DNA from: Octopus sinensis
Lineage: Eukaryota
DNA length: 64,000 bases
Direction: 5' to 3'
Assembly (NCBI RefSeq): GCF_006345805.1
Contig: NC_043000.1
Span: 60,884,001-60,948,000, forward strand
Part shown: piece after piece, positions 36,708 through 50,563 of the stretch
How positions within the stretch are numbered: position 1 is the stretch's first letter
How the letters are laid out: the number at the start of each line of letters is the position of its first letter
The notes under the pieces: generated by a model
What the model saw: only the letters and a program-made list of their open reading frames with translations
What the model was told of the DNA's origin: nothing
The model's database searches: none
Made by a program: the position numbers and the translations under genes

Positions 36708-39018
36708 GAGGGAAAGTCAAAAATTATCCACACTTTCATCATAACATATTTATAATATTGGCATATGTGTGTGTATGTGTGTGTGTGTATACAGAAAGAG
36801 AAAGAGAAAGAGAAAGAGAGAGATGGATAATATAGACAGACAATTAATCAAATGTTTGATAGCATATCTGTGCAGCTATTCCAGAACTTCAGTGCAATTC
36901 TTCAACACTGCAGTTGAAGAATTTCTAACAGTTGTCAAAACCATGTTATCAAGCCTATATTCACTTTTGCTAAGAATGCTGCACTTACTGTCTGCCTATG
37001 CAAGGTTTCCTTGTATTAAGTGAAACCATGCAGAAACCCCACTTAATGAAAAATCATTTTAGATTCTATATCATAATATATTGAATTGTTCAGGTAGTAC
37101 AACACAGATGTTGCATGATTGCTGTGTTATGGCAAATGATTGGCAGTTGTGTAAAACAGAGTTTTATAACTATTTCTGTGGGATTATTTCAGGATTATTA
37201 TTGACCCTGATTATCATAGAAATTTGAAAATGTTCAAAGCATGCAAAATAGCTGCAGAATTTCTAGGTAAATGAGTAAAATAAAATTCAGAAAAACTATT
37301 GATGTTAATCCTTTTCAATATCGACACAAAAATCCTGAAATTTGGAGCATGTGATTAGTTGATTACATCAACCCCAGTACTTAATTGGTACTTATTTTAT
37401 TGATCCCAAAAAGATTGAAATGCAAATTTGATCTCGGTGGCATTTGATCTCAGAATGTAAAGTTGGAAGAAATGATGCTAAGCATTCTGCCAGCTTGCTG
37501 CCTCCTACATTGATATTAATAACTTCAACAATGTTTTGTTAGAGCAGATATTCTTTTACAAGTTTCAATCTTTGGACTTTAGGGGTTTTTAGCTAGTTTT
37601 ATCAAGTATGGTATTTTGCCTAGTAATTCCCTCTCTCTCTTTTGGAGAGGCACTGAGCAGCTATATGCACACATACACACATGGCAGTAACTCCCGCCTA
37701 CCGAATTCAATCACAAAACTCCGGTCGGCTCGGGGCTATAGCGGAAGACACCTGCCCAATGTGCCACGCAGTGGGACTGAACCCGAAACCATGTAGTTAG
37801 GAAGCAAGCTCCCTAACCACACAGCCATGCCTGCGCTTACAAAAGGCTAAATCCATCTTGGTCTAAAAGAGCATAATTGAAAATGGAACTATGAGACCGG
37901 TACTTTATTTTATCAACCTCAGGGAGATGAAAGGCAAAGTTGACCTTTGTGGGATTTGGACATTGAACATGAAGAGCTGAAAGAAATACCACAAAGCATT
38001 TTTTCCAATACTCTAATGATTCAGTCAATCAACGGCTCTTTTAAGAATTATTCACTAAGCACTGGCACTCCATTAGTTATGATGATAAGGACTCCAGTTG
38101 ATCCAATCAATGGAACAATCTGTTCATAAAATTAACGTGCATGTGGTTGAGCAGTCCACAAACACATGTACCCTTAACGTAGTTCTCAGGGAGATTCAAT
38201 GTAAGACAGAGTGTGACAAGGCTGGCCTTTTGAAATACAGGTACTACTCATTTTTGCCAGTTGAGTGGATGGAAGTAACATTATGTGTTGCTCAGGGACA
38301 TAATGTGTCACCGGGAAGTGAACTCACAATCTTGTGATCATGAGCTGAATACCCTAACCATTAAGTCATGCACCTTCACTAAAAATTATTATTATAAGTA
38401 CAAATCTATAATTTTGGTAGGTGTAGTCAAGTAAATCATCTCAAGTACTTGAGTGATACCTTATTTTATTGACCCCCTAGATAGATAGAAAGCAAAGCTG
38501 ATGTTAGCAAGATTTGAACTCTGAATGTTAAGAGCCAGAATAAATACTGTAAGACATTTGTCCCCAACATTCTAATGATCCTACCAATCCACCACTCTTG
38601 TTTCTAAATCAGGATCTAGGCACCAAATGTTATAGGATGAGATCACTTGATTTGATTGGTTCGGTTCTTAAGTGGTACCTATTTTATCTGAGTTTAAATC
38701 TTGACAAGGACTTGAACTCAGAATGTAAAGGGCTGAAAATAAATGGTGGAAAGCATTCACTACATACACTTAGTAGTTGCTACCGTTATATCCTATCCAC
38801 TCACCACTCTTCAGACATATAAATAATGCAAATACACAAAAGAATTTGATTTCAATTTTATATAAGGTCTAATTCTCTCTAGTTTTCTTTCTCATGACTT
38901 TCACCTTTCCATCCATCATTATAATAATTGATATATTATTATTACAGTGCCAGGAAATTGTTTGTTTCTGTATATATTCTCTATCAATTTTTCAATTCCA
39001 CTGTGTCCCTACATATAG

Positions 39019-39073
39019 TTCCCTGAATGGAGACATTCCAGACCATTCAAATACATTGGAATCTTCCTACCCG
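39019..39073 (+). CDS. candidate isolated 55-nt exon, product unknown
   Basis: Pyrimidine-rich acceptor ...GTCCCTACATATAG and donor CCG|GTAAGC. Two open frames (FPEWRHSRPFKYIGIFLP or SLNGDIPDHSNTLESSYP). No homology recognised. Confidence 0.2.
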
Positions 39074-40559
39074 GTAAGCTGATATATAAACACACACATA
39101 CACCCTGAAGCTGAACCAAAGCCATGTTCTATTTGTTATTACTCCCACAGTAGCCAATAACATTTTAGATTGCATATTTATCATATTTATCTACATAACC
39201 TTTCAATTTAGTCCACCCAAGAGGTAGATTTACTGGATTGGATTTGTCCCTTACTGCTTATCTCAAGACACAATAATAATAAAAATAATAATGATGATGA
39301 TAATGATGATGATGATAATATTGATTTCTTTATTAACCACGAGGGTTTACATTAAGAAAAACATTATGGACATCACAGAACAAAACAAAAAATGTGTGTG
39401 TGTATGTATGTGAGTGTGTTGTTGAAGGTTTTGCATGTAAACAAGACTAACAAAATTTGAAAAAAAAAAGGAAAAAAAGAAATCAATAATGTGTAATCTT
39501 CAATAGGGAAGAGACCTTCAAGGGCTACTCATGGAAAAAACCCCATAAAAAAACCATGGGTACCCTGACTTTTGGAGCAGGTGCCTTTTTTTCCTCTCTT
39601 TTTTTTTCAACTACAGGTGTATGTTCAGGGCAGGCCCATTCATTCATAAACAACCACAGCAACAACAATAATAATAAAGGATTTATTGGTGGGATTTATT
39701 ATTATCAGTTATAGTAGTAATATGGTTTTCTACTTATTCATTTGGGTTTGTGATGAAATCTCAAATAATGCATGAGGTAAATGAAAGAAAACTTTTAACA
39801 GCGGTTGATGATAATGATGATTGCAGTCACACTAGACATGATGATGAAGATCATGATGGTGGTAGTAGTGGCGATGGTTTTAATGTCACTGCTATTGTTA
39901 CTGATAAGGATAAGTATTGACATACCTGGCAGTAGTGCCAAACACTGTTGGTGTTGGATATGAAGCCAGAGCCATTGATGATTATGGCAAGCATTGATGT
40001 TGTTTTGACCATGTCCATCAAGGTTTGTTTTCAGACATAATATAGCTAATACTACATTATGTTTAAGCCTACATTATCAAATGTGCCCTGCATTGTTTAA
40101 GTCAGTAGGGTCTGATTTATAGGTGATTTAGCTGCTGTTTCTAGCAGGTGAAGCAACCATTTAGAGGCCTCTCTCTTTGTTGTTCTTAATGATGGTGATC
40201 ACTATGATGCTACTGACGATAAAGAGTGATGCACCTAGTGGTGGTTATGATTATAATGATGATGAAGGTGAAGGTGAAAATGGTAATACCACTGCTGCTG
40301 CTTCCTATACAAAGAATTGTTGTTGATGTTTTTGGGCCTCATCAAGCAAACTTATGATCCAAGATATTCCTAATGCAACCATCCTGCCTCTGGGTATGCT
40401 AGGGACTAGAAGATGAAGATAATGCCAATGATGGTGGTGGCAGTGGTGATAATGATGAAATTGCTATCACCGATATTTGGTTTTAAAGAGCTGCTCTACT
40501 ACCATTATAGAAATTCTTCCAACCATTCAGACAGTAGAGAAGAAACCTTTACTCTTTAA

Positions 40560-40763
40560 CTTTTTAGCGTTCAAATTGCTCTGTCTAATGTAATGTAATG
40601 CTTGTTTATTTGTATTGTTTTGAATTAATCTTACATTTTCTCATAGCTTTGAGATCTTGATGATGACATTGTAGAGGAGGTGCGAGAGACCTGATCCAGC
40701 TGGTTTGAATATAAGGCAGCCAAAATATTTTGGCCAGATACATCTGGTTTAAATGCTAAAGGG
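40560..40763. mobile_element. piggyBac-type MITE (same family as 14422-14626)
   Basis: TTAA|CTTTTTAGCGTT ... AATGCTAAAGGG|TTAA. Internal similarity to the 14422 copy. Confidence 0.72.
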
Positions 40764-41469
40764 TTAAAGCTGTTGTTGTTTAAACCTACTTCAAAGCTGA
40801 ACACAAATATCCTTGATGGGTTGGTCATGGTTGGAATGATCTAAAACATTCTAACCCATGTTTTATCCAGACACAGTTGGTATTTTATTTTAGTGATCTC
40901 AAAACGATGATAGGTGAAGTTGACCTCGGTGGCTTTTAGACTGAGAACACAAATAATAATAACAATAATAATAATAATAATCCCTGGCGTATCATCCATG
41001 CAGGAAGTGTAAAAAATTGTCATAACTGATATGTAACATGTATTGAGAAAAGCATTGTCACTGTGTATTTTCTTTGCTTTCCCTTTTTCTTTGTTTCCTT
41101 TTTTCATTTTTTTCCTTCTTTCCCCTGTCTTTCTTCCCTTTCTTCTATCACGACTTTGTAAATGAACTGTTTGGTGTGTTTATTTTAATGGCCTACCAAT
41201 GTATACAGTAGGGGTTTTTTTTGCCCTAGGTGTTGGGAGGACACTTGGTAAGAAATGGCAACAAAATTGAAAGAAGACCAGGAATTTTGGGGGTGAGGGT
41301 AAGTCGATTACATCAACCCCGGTGTTTCACTGGTACTTATTTCTTTGACCCCAAAAGGATGAAAGGCAAAGTTGACCTTGGCAGAATTTGGACTCAGAAC
41401 ATAAAGACAGATTAAATACCATTAAGTATTTTGCCTGGCATGCTAACAATTCTGCCAGCTTGTTGCCAT

Positions 41470-41511
<42 letters not shown>

Positions 41512-41748
41512 CACTACCACCACCACCACCACCACTACTACTACTATTATTATTATTTGGTTTGTCTATATTCTAATTCATTTCGTTTCTGCAGTAGACA
41601 TTTCGGTTAATTTTCAGATTAGTATCAACAGAAAGAAAAAGTTCAAGCCAACTTTAAATTCTCTCTCTCTCTCCCTCCCTCCCTCTCTCTCTCTCTCCCC
41701 CTCTCTCTCTCTCTCTTTCTTTCTCTCTCTCTAGCAATATCTGTCTAT

Positions 41749-41793
<45 letters not shown>

Positions 41794-41875
41794 ATAATAA
41801 TAATAATAATAATAATAACAATAATAATAATAATAATAATGACAATAATGACAACAACAACAGTGATTTCTGATT
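41470..41875. repeat. (CTA)n/(CCA)n/(TTA)n, (CT)n and (CTA)n/(TAA)n microsatellites
   Basis: Directly visible. Confidence 0.9.
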
Positions 41876-42351
41876 ATGACACAAAGCCAACAATTTTTAG
41901 GGGAAGAGTTCAATTGATTACATTGATCCCAATACATGTTTGGAATTTTAATTTTTATTGACTCTGAAAAGATGAAAGGCAAATTTGACTGTAGCAGTAT
42001 TTGAAATCAGAGCATGTAGGACTGAAACAATTACCACCAGACATTTTGTTCAACACTCTAATGGTTCAGTAAAATAATAACAAGAGTCATTTCTGCTAAA
42101 AACCACAAGGCTTGAATCTTTGGGGCGGAGGCCTTGTGGATAAGTTGATTATATAGATCCCATTGCTTGGAGGATGGAAGACAAAGTCAACCTCAGTGGA
42201 ATTTAAACCCAAAATGTATTGATGAGTGAAATGCTGGTTAGAATTTTTGTTTGGTATGGTAATAATTCTGTTACCTCATCGCCTTTAAATGATGATCATA
42301 ATAATAAAAATAATAATAGTAATAATGTCATTTATTTGCCATGAGGGCAAA

Positions 42352-42403
<52 letters not shown>

Positions 42404-42405
<2 letters not shown>

Positions 42406-42803
42406 CCAGTGGAGCATGTCCCTTAGTGGCTGACGATATGTGCATCTCTGATCACGGGCAGAAGTAGTGGGGGAGCATCATAGTCATGTGTTGAGAGGGA
42501 TTCTTTGGGGTTTGAATAATTCACCTCTGGAAATATGGGTGTTTCGTTCAACATCCTTAAACAACCCTTATTCAGGGACCTTTCAAGTGGGATGGGTTAC
42601 TCGACCTGAAGAAAATTCTAACTGGGCCCCACCTGCAAGGTCATGTGCTGTTTATTTTGATATGAGATCACCATGTTGCACACATATGGTTGTGATGCAT
42701 GTGCCTAGTGTACCCTTATCAGACGGGTAGTCATGATGGGTATACTGGGCTTCGTATATTTTACCCCAGTGTCACTTTGATGGCATGCACTGCTCTCTCA
42801 CTC
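42404..42803. mobile_element. 400-bp GC-richer repeat inserted in (AAT)n, probably a truncated or non-autonomous microsatellite-targeting retroelement
   Basis: Sharp boundaries with (AAT)n on both sides. A 33-bp sequence is duplicated at 42328 and 42832 (2 mismatches). No ORF homology recognised. Confidence 0.6.
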
Positions 42804-43094
42804 AATAATAATAATAATAATAATAATGATTTCATTTATTTGCTATCAGGGCAAAAATAATAATGATAATGATAAAGGTTTCAAATTTTTACACAAGGCC
42901 AGCAGATTTTTTGGGGGTGGAGCAGATCAGTTGATTACATTGACTCCAGTACTCAACTGCTATTTATTTTATCAATCTCAAAAGGATGACAGGCAAGGTT
43001 GACCTTGGTGGAATTTGAACTCAGAACATATAGATGGATAAAATTCCACTAAGTGTTTTGTCTGGTGCACTATCAATTCTGCCAGCTCACTACC

Positions 43095-43173
<79 letters not shown>

Positions 43174-43283
43174 TGATAATAATGATGATGATGATGATAA
43201 TACTAATAATGATGATGATAATGATGATGATGATGATGATACTAATAATGATGATGATAATAATAATACTAATAATGATGATG

Positions 43284-43332
<49 letters not shown>

Positions 43333-43380
43333 TAACAATAATAATAATAATAATAATAATGATGATGATGATGATATTGC
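43095..43380. repeat. compound (AAT)n/(GAT)n microsatellite
   Basis: Directly visible. It abuts a SINE B head at 43097. Confidence 0.95.
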
Positions 43381-43932
43381 TAATGAAGAGTTTTTTGTTC
43401 AGTATTTTGTTAATTATTAGAGTTCAGCTTGTATGGATAATATGATAATCTAGTCATCAGTTTATTTGTTTTGTCATCATTTGGAGACATACAATAGACA
43501 AATTGAAGAGATTAAAATAATACTGATAATTATATTAATATATAATCTGTTAGATGTGCAAATTTAAATGGTATGGAAAGAGTATGCATTTGTGTTTTTT
43601 ATGTGCAGTAAGCTGAATAATCAGCTTAATACCAAAGGTCTCATCCAATGCATTATAGATAGACAGCTGCACCTATATGAATATGTGATGCAAATGTACA
43701 TGGCAGCATGCCCTGCAAAAGCATACTATGCATTGATAAAGGAATCTACAAGGAGAGCTAAAGAAAACAAATGAATAATTGTGTAGAAAGATGTTAAGCT
43801 TCACCTATTCGATATCAGAAGATTGAGAGGAATGATGAAGATATACCATATTGTAAACTGGTCCAACACTTGCTAGTATTGAAAGGGAGGGGAAAAATCC
43901 CAAACAGACATATGATTGTACATAAATATACT

Positions 43933-44308
43933 CTTTTACTTGTTTCAGTCATTTGACTGCCCATGTTGGAGCACCGCCTTTAGTCGAGCAAATCGACCCC
44001 GGAACTTATTCTTTATAAGCTCAGTACTTATTCTATCGGTCTCTTTTGCCAAACAACTAAGTGACGGGGACATAAACACACCAGCATAGGTTGTCAAGCA
44101 ATGCTAGGGGGACAAACGCAGACACACATACACACATATATAATATATATACATATATACGACGGTCTTCTTTGAGTTTCTGTCTACCAAATCCACTCAC
44201 AAGGCTTTGGTTGGCCTATAGTAGAAGTCACTTGCCCAAGATGCCACGCAGCAGGACTGAACCCAGAACCATGTGGTTGGTAAGCAAGCTATTACCACAC
44301 AGCCAATA
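43933..44308 (-). mobile_element. SINE family A, full-length copy
   Basis: The reverse complement is colinear with 57379-57773. Confidence 0.85.
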
Positions 44309-44891
44309 CACATAAAATTAATATAAACAACAGTTTGGAATATTTCACAAAAAGGAAAATTATAACTGTCACTAAATGTGACTAAGTTGTAAGGAAACAC
44401 CTATGTTGCTAGAAATAAGAGCTAAAGTGCTCTAATACTGCAGCTAATGCATGTGAATGAAAACATATACACCATACTTGTCTCAATCGGCATTTTTTTG
44501 ACAATTATGGTCCTTGCTAGTGTATATGTTTTCATTCATGTGCATCAATTATAGCATTAGAATGCTTAAGCTTTTATTTTTGCATATATACATACGTACA
44601 TATACATACGTAAATATATACATATGTACATGATGGCTGTCCACTCATGACTTAGGAAGATCATTACTGACTGTTACTCATACAAAATGTCAGAAGTGTC
44701 CATGCATGAGGTTATTGCACCAACGGTTGGCTTCAACCAGGTACATACCAACAGTTTCCATGCTTGCTGTGGCAGCCTCCTACTTGACAGGGCAATGGAA
44801 ATGCACCTTGCTTATGATTGCGCAAGCAAAAAGTTTAGGTCCTATAAGGCTTCCACAACACCTCACAGACACTCTCCACCCTGTTGATATG

Positions 44892-44945
<54 letters not shown>

Positions 44946-46328
44946 CATACATACATACATACATACATAAGTTGGTGTATAAATGAAAGAAAATAGCACT
45001 CAATGTGTTGTGGTGGTTAAATATTTGTACTAGATATATTTGTACTATATTTATATATTTTTATGCTTTAATATTTTTGGTAGCAGTTGGCAATAGAAAG
45101 AGCATCTAGACATAGAAAACTTTTAGAAAAATGCATAAATTCTATGCATGAGTAAAATGTGGTCGTTGATGTTTCTACGAAAGCAGTAATTCTGAGTCAA
45201 AATTTTTTGGAGCCAGTATAGGAAAATGCTTTCTGAACATGATGTGATTATTAACACTTTATAATTTAAATAACTTGAATGTTTCTCAGACATAAGACCC
45301 CTCACTCTTCAGATGCTAACAATATAAGCTACAAGACACATGAAGTTCTAAAGAAGGCTTCCTGTCATTGGATTATGTATGAAATTAATTCTTATTAGTT
45401 AATTCAAATCATGTGACCAAAGACTAACAGGTATTAATAGCAGTAGTGGAACGGGGAACAACTATCATACAATATATAAGAGTATTGTCCCTTGTTCATT
45501 TACAATTCTTCATTGAATTACAATAAAGATTCATTAAAAATTTTTTAATGGCTTAAACTCAGTGAACAGGGAGCTCTCTTGATGACAGCAGTATGAAAGT
45601 GCAACTTCTTGATACACTATTCTGTTTCAACTGTGTAATTTCTCGTATGTACTCTCTACTGGATTTCATTACCAAATCAAAGTAGCACATCCACTCTAAA
45701 GGTTTTGGCCAGCCTAGGGCAATAATAGAAGGAATAGCCCCGGGTGCTGTGCAATAAGACTGAATATGAAACCATGTGGATATGTGGATAGAAAGCAAAT
45801 GTTTTAACTACACAGCCAACTTGTGTATATATTTGTAAGGTTTTATATACTTAGGAAAAAGTCACTAACATCATTGTCACTAGCAGTGTCTTCATTACCA
45901 TTAATTACCAGGTTCATCATTCCTTATAATCATCATTAGTAAGCGGTCAATCCAGTGTGAGATTGGAACTCAAAGTGTACAGCAATGGAGCCATACACTA
46001 AAAGAACATTTAGTTTGAATCTCTGTCCTTTTGCCAAACATCCAATAAAAATGTTCAGATGTCAAATATTGAAAAATAAAACAAAAAGTGACAGTTTTAT
46101 TACGTTAGAAATATATCAATTAAAATATTATGTATCTAAATAATGTAAATTTCATAGAGCAACTGTGTAAATATTACTAATTTGCAGCTTTATAGACTGA
46201 ATGGTAAACGTGTCTAAGATGAAATCGTTATGAAAATGCAGTTAATAAATAAGTAAAGAAATCATCCTCATCATCACCATCACCATCATCAACATCAACA
46301 TCACAGTCATTATTAGTAGTGTTATTTA

Positions 46329-46371
<43 letters not shown>

Positions 46372-46489
46372 GTTTATTACAATACCTTTTCAATAAACAG
46401 AAACTTGTTCTTTCATGTCTGCTGATATTTACAATGGCTTTTGCAGGCTATTGTTATGTGAGTGTTGGATCTAGGTGTTGGTGTCGGTG

Positions 46490-46572
46490 GTGGTGGTGGT
46501 GGTGGTAGTAGTGGTGGTGGTAGTAGTATTAGTAGTAGTAGTAGTAGTTGTAGTAGTAGTTGTTGCTGTAGT

Positions 46573-46616
<44 letters not shown>

Positions 46617-46733
46617 TAGTAGTAGTAGCAGTAGTAGTGGTGGTGGTGGTGGTGGTGGTGGTAGTAATAGTAGTTGCTGTAATGTTAATTGTAGTAATGG
46701 TAGCAGCAGATGTAGCAGTTTCAGCAGTTCATA

Positions 46734-46791
<58 letters not shown>

Positions 46792-46800
46792 GTTATTATT
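46490..46800. repeat. compound (GTG)/(GTA)/(GCA)n followed by (ACT)n
   Basis: Directly visible. Confidence 0.95.
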
Positions 46801-46804
46801 ATCA

Positions 46805-47420
46805 ATGGACAGTGGGTTGGCAGAACTGTTAGAATGTTAGATAAAATAACTTGTAGTATTTCTTCTGTTTTTTTTCATGTTTCTTAGTTCAAATCCTGCT
46901 GAGGTCAACTTTGCCTTTCATTACCCAGGGTCTATAAAATAGAGCACCACTCAAGAACTGGGGGTGATGGTATCAATTAATCCCTCCCCTATTCTAAATT
47001 GTTGGCCTTCTGCCTGAGCTGGCAGAATTGGTAACACATTAGACAAAATTCTTAGTGGTATTTCTTCTGAGTTCTAATTCCACCATGGTTGACTTTATCT
47101 TTCATCGTTTTGGGGGTCAATAAAATATGTGCAAGTTGAGTACTGGGGTGGGGAGTGTCAATGTAATTGACTAAGCCTTGCCCAATAAACGATTGCTGAA
47201 CTTGTGCCAAAATTTGGAACTATTATTATTATTATTATTATTATTAAGGTAGTGAGCTAGCAGAGTCAATTAGCATGCCAAACAAAATACTTAGTAGCAT
47301 TTCATATCTTATGTTCTGAGTTCAAATTCTGCTGAGGTTGACTTTGCCTTTCATCCTTTTGGGATCAGTAAAATAAGTACCAGTCAAGTGCTGGGGTCAA
47401 TGTAATCAAATTCCCCTCCT
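46805..47420 (+). mobile_element. three head-to-tail SINE family B copies
   Basis: Three successive heads (about 46810, 47015 and 47250), each with GAGTTC(A/T)AA and TTTGCCTTTCAT-like cores. (ATT)n separates the second and third copies. Confidence 0.75.
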
Positions 47421-47677
47421 CTCTCTCAAAAAAAAAACATGGGTTGGCATTAGGAAGGGCATCCAGCTGTAGAAGTCATGTTTATATATGCCTGTATATC
47501 TTATGTGTTAATATTGATGTAATTATTGATTATATAGCTAACAAGATTATGAAACAGCTGTAAGCAAATGGAATAAACATCTATTCTCTCACCGTTACTT
47601 CTCTTATCTGTTCCTTCTATCTCTATTTCTCTCTCTCTCTTTCTCTGCATACATACATACATATTATATAAATACAT

Positions 47678-47712
<35 letters not shown>

Positions 47713-49724
47713 TACATACATACATATATTTAAGACAAGTCATAAATAACAGTCATTACGTATTTATTGTGACCATTATTTATACCTTGTCTTGTATATC
47801 ACTCTGTGTAAAAACCAGTATAACTGAAACAAAACCATGTATTTACAATATAGAATGGTAATGAACTATAACCTTGGACCCTGTCAGAAGAATGTGTGGA
47901 GTCTTTTACTAATCTAAACAATATTGTTCACCTGGTGTACTAACAGAGAGCTTATAAAATATTTTGCCTGGATTGATAATCACTCACTAATAATTCTGTA
48001 TGTGTATTTTTATACATGTGTGTATCATATATAGGTGTGAGTTGGGTTGGGCAAAAACTGTTCTTTTGAACAGAGATATTTTGCAGTATTTGTGCTATCT
48101 CTCTTTAGACCAATGATATCCACATTGAATATCATATATTATGAGATTGATGAAAAAAATTATTAAACAAATTACCAGGGTTGATATTATCAACTAAAAC
48201 CCTATGTCCAACCATTTGCTGCTGTTCTGTGATGGAAAGGAAATAATAACAGATAACAAATACTGAAAATAAGCTGCAGAATCATATAACAAGAGAAAGG
48301 AATTTTGATTCCATTTCTCCTTTTTTTTTTTTTTGCTCCTCTTTCAAATTTATTCTCAATAAAACATGTTTTCAGAAAGCAAAATGGCAGTGGAAGTTGC
48401 AGGATTGAATCAGAAATAAATAAATAATTATATAAATATATAAATAAATAGACAACAATAAAAAAAATGCCTACACCCTAAAATTTGAATTGTTGAAAAA
48501 ACATGTTCAGTTTCAAATTCTTTCACTATTGATTTTAATTTATGAAAAAATTTGGGTTTTTATCAATTTGAAACTTCAAAGAGTAAAATAAAAAATATAA
48601 CAATAAAAAAAGCTAAAATATTTTCTGCCTTGATATAATAGATTTCATTACTACACAATGCAGGAATCTCTAAGCAGTCACTTGCCCTGCTAAAAGTTGC
48701 AGCTAAATCTCCCTCAATCCCACATTTTTAGTAAGGTTGATTAAATAAGTATCAGTTATGCACTGGGGTCGATGTAATCAACTTAATCTCTTTGTTTGTC
48801 CCCTCTGTGTTTAGCCCCCTGTGGGGAATAAAGAAATATATATGACAGGTTTCTTTCAGTTTCTCTCTACGTAATCCACTTATAAGGCTTTGGTCAGCCT
48901 GTGGTTATAGAGGGAGACACTTGCCTAAGGTTTCATGCAGTGGGACTGAACCTGGAACTATGTGGTTTGGAAGCAAACTTTTTTACCACATGGCCATGCC
49001 TACTTGTTATGCATTCGTTATAAATTCACCTGTTTGATTCCACACCTGTATACTAAGTAACTGAATCAACCAACAATGCACACACACACACACACACATG
49101 CACATACATATGTCAGAGGACCAGAAAGAAGAAACTCTGAGTAGTGATACATGCATAGTTAACATTGAACAAATGATGTTATGCCATTTTAGCTAACAGT
49201 TTTCAGACCTTCCTTTTGCTTAATTACTATTCACACTACTGTGAAACCCTAATCAATAATCGCCTATCGGTGTGTGCATGTGTGCGCACTCGTGTGTGTG
49301 TGAGTGTGTGTGTGTGAAGCACATAGCCAAGTAGTTAGAAGGTTTAGTTCGTTGGTCAAGAGATGTGTTGTATCCTTGAGCAAAATACTTAATTTCACAT
49401 TATTGTAGGCTCCTTAGCTGAAAGTATAAGCACCAGCTAAGTGTCAGTGCTACTCTGTCTCTCCAGCATTCACATTCTGTATGTGCTGCTGTGTTGGAGA
49501 GTTGAGAGGAACGCGTCTGTGTCTGCTCAAAAGTACAGAGGGCCCCAAAAATAATTAATGAAAACATAGTAATTGTTACCCAGTCATACTTGTTTGTCTA
49601 TAATCTACAGAAGCTGATTTGACTTCAATATTTCTCATGAAACTCAAGTCTCTATTGTTAGCCAAAAGAACTATAAAATGTACTTTTACACACATGCATG
49701 CATGAAGCATGCACACCTGCATTT

Positions 49725-49952
49725 TCTTATTTCTTTACTGCCCACAAGGGGCTACACACAGAGGGGACAAACAAGGACAGACAAATGGATTAAATCGATT
49801 ATATCGACTCCAGTGCGTAACTGGTACTTATTTAATCGACCCCGAAAGGATGAAAGGCAAAGTCGACCTCAGCGGAATTTGAACTCGGAACGTATTGGCA
49901 GACGAAATACCGCTAAGCATTTTGCCCGGCATGCTAACGATTCTCCAGCTCA
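49725..49952 (-). mobile_element. tRNA-derived SINE family B, young copy
   Basis: The reverse complement has a GAGCTGGAGAATCGTTAGC head, B-box GAGTTCAAATTCC and core CGACTTTGCCTTTCATCCTTTCGGGGTCGAT. CpGs are retained. Confidence 0.85.
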
Positions 49953-50194
49953 CTGCACACCTGCATTTTCTGCACACAGTATTTCATATGATAATCCATA
50001 CTGTTTTCCCTCTGCCACCAACACCATCATTGTCATCATTGTCAAAATTGCAGGGTATACAAGATTAATATAGGATGAAGCATGTGAAGTAATGATACAA
50101 GAGCATGGTAGAAATATGAAAGTATATTTAAGAGAATGGTAAAATGACAAATTTGGTGACTGATAATTCCTAGTATCAGGAGAAACAATTCTAG

Positions 50195-50430
50195 ATATAT
50201 GTATGTTGTTATTCAATTTTATTTCAAGATTTCTTGCCAATAGAGAAAGAGCCGGTTCTAACCCAGGTCCAGTGCCCCTTCGCTGGAAATTCAACATCAG
50301 CAGGGGATGTGTATATATGTGCTGTATTTGGAGTCAGTGCATGTGCAAATTTGTATGTTTTGTTTTATGAATGTATCCTCATGCATCTAGTTACCTGTCT
50401 AGACATGCGCATATGTATTCAAATGATGTA
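50195..50430 (-). mobile_element. retroelement 3' UTR-like repeat fragment
   Basis: Shares TTGCCAATAGAGAAAGAGCC(G/A)GTT(T)CTAACC and its upstream flank with 57015-57080. Confidence 0.5.
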
Positions 50431-50532
50431 TGCATGCATGTATGTATGCATGCATATAATTTCCCTCTTTGTAGATTTTATAAGTTTTAATTATATGCGT
50501 GTGTGTACAAAAAAATCTACAAAGAGGGGAAA

Positions 50533-50563
<31 letters not shown>

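Noticed and set aside
39927-40030. Minus-strand exon suggested by a strong CAG|GTATGT donor
   Set aside because: No convincing acceptor, a featureless translation, and surrounding low-complexity GAT/GGT-rich sequence.
44627-44885. Possible Tc1/mariner MITE
   Set aside because: The termini are only weakly complementary, too degenerate to call.
48165-48220. Minus-strand 51-nt exon candidate after TTTCCTTTCCATCACAG
   Set aside because: Its 3' half and donor derive from a decayed SINE B fragment.
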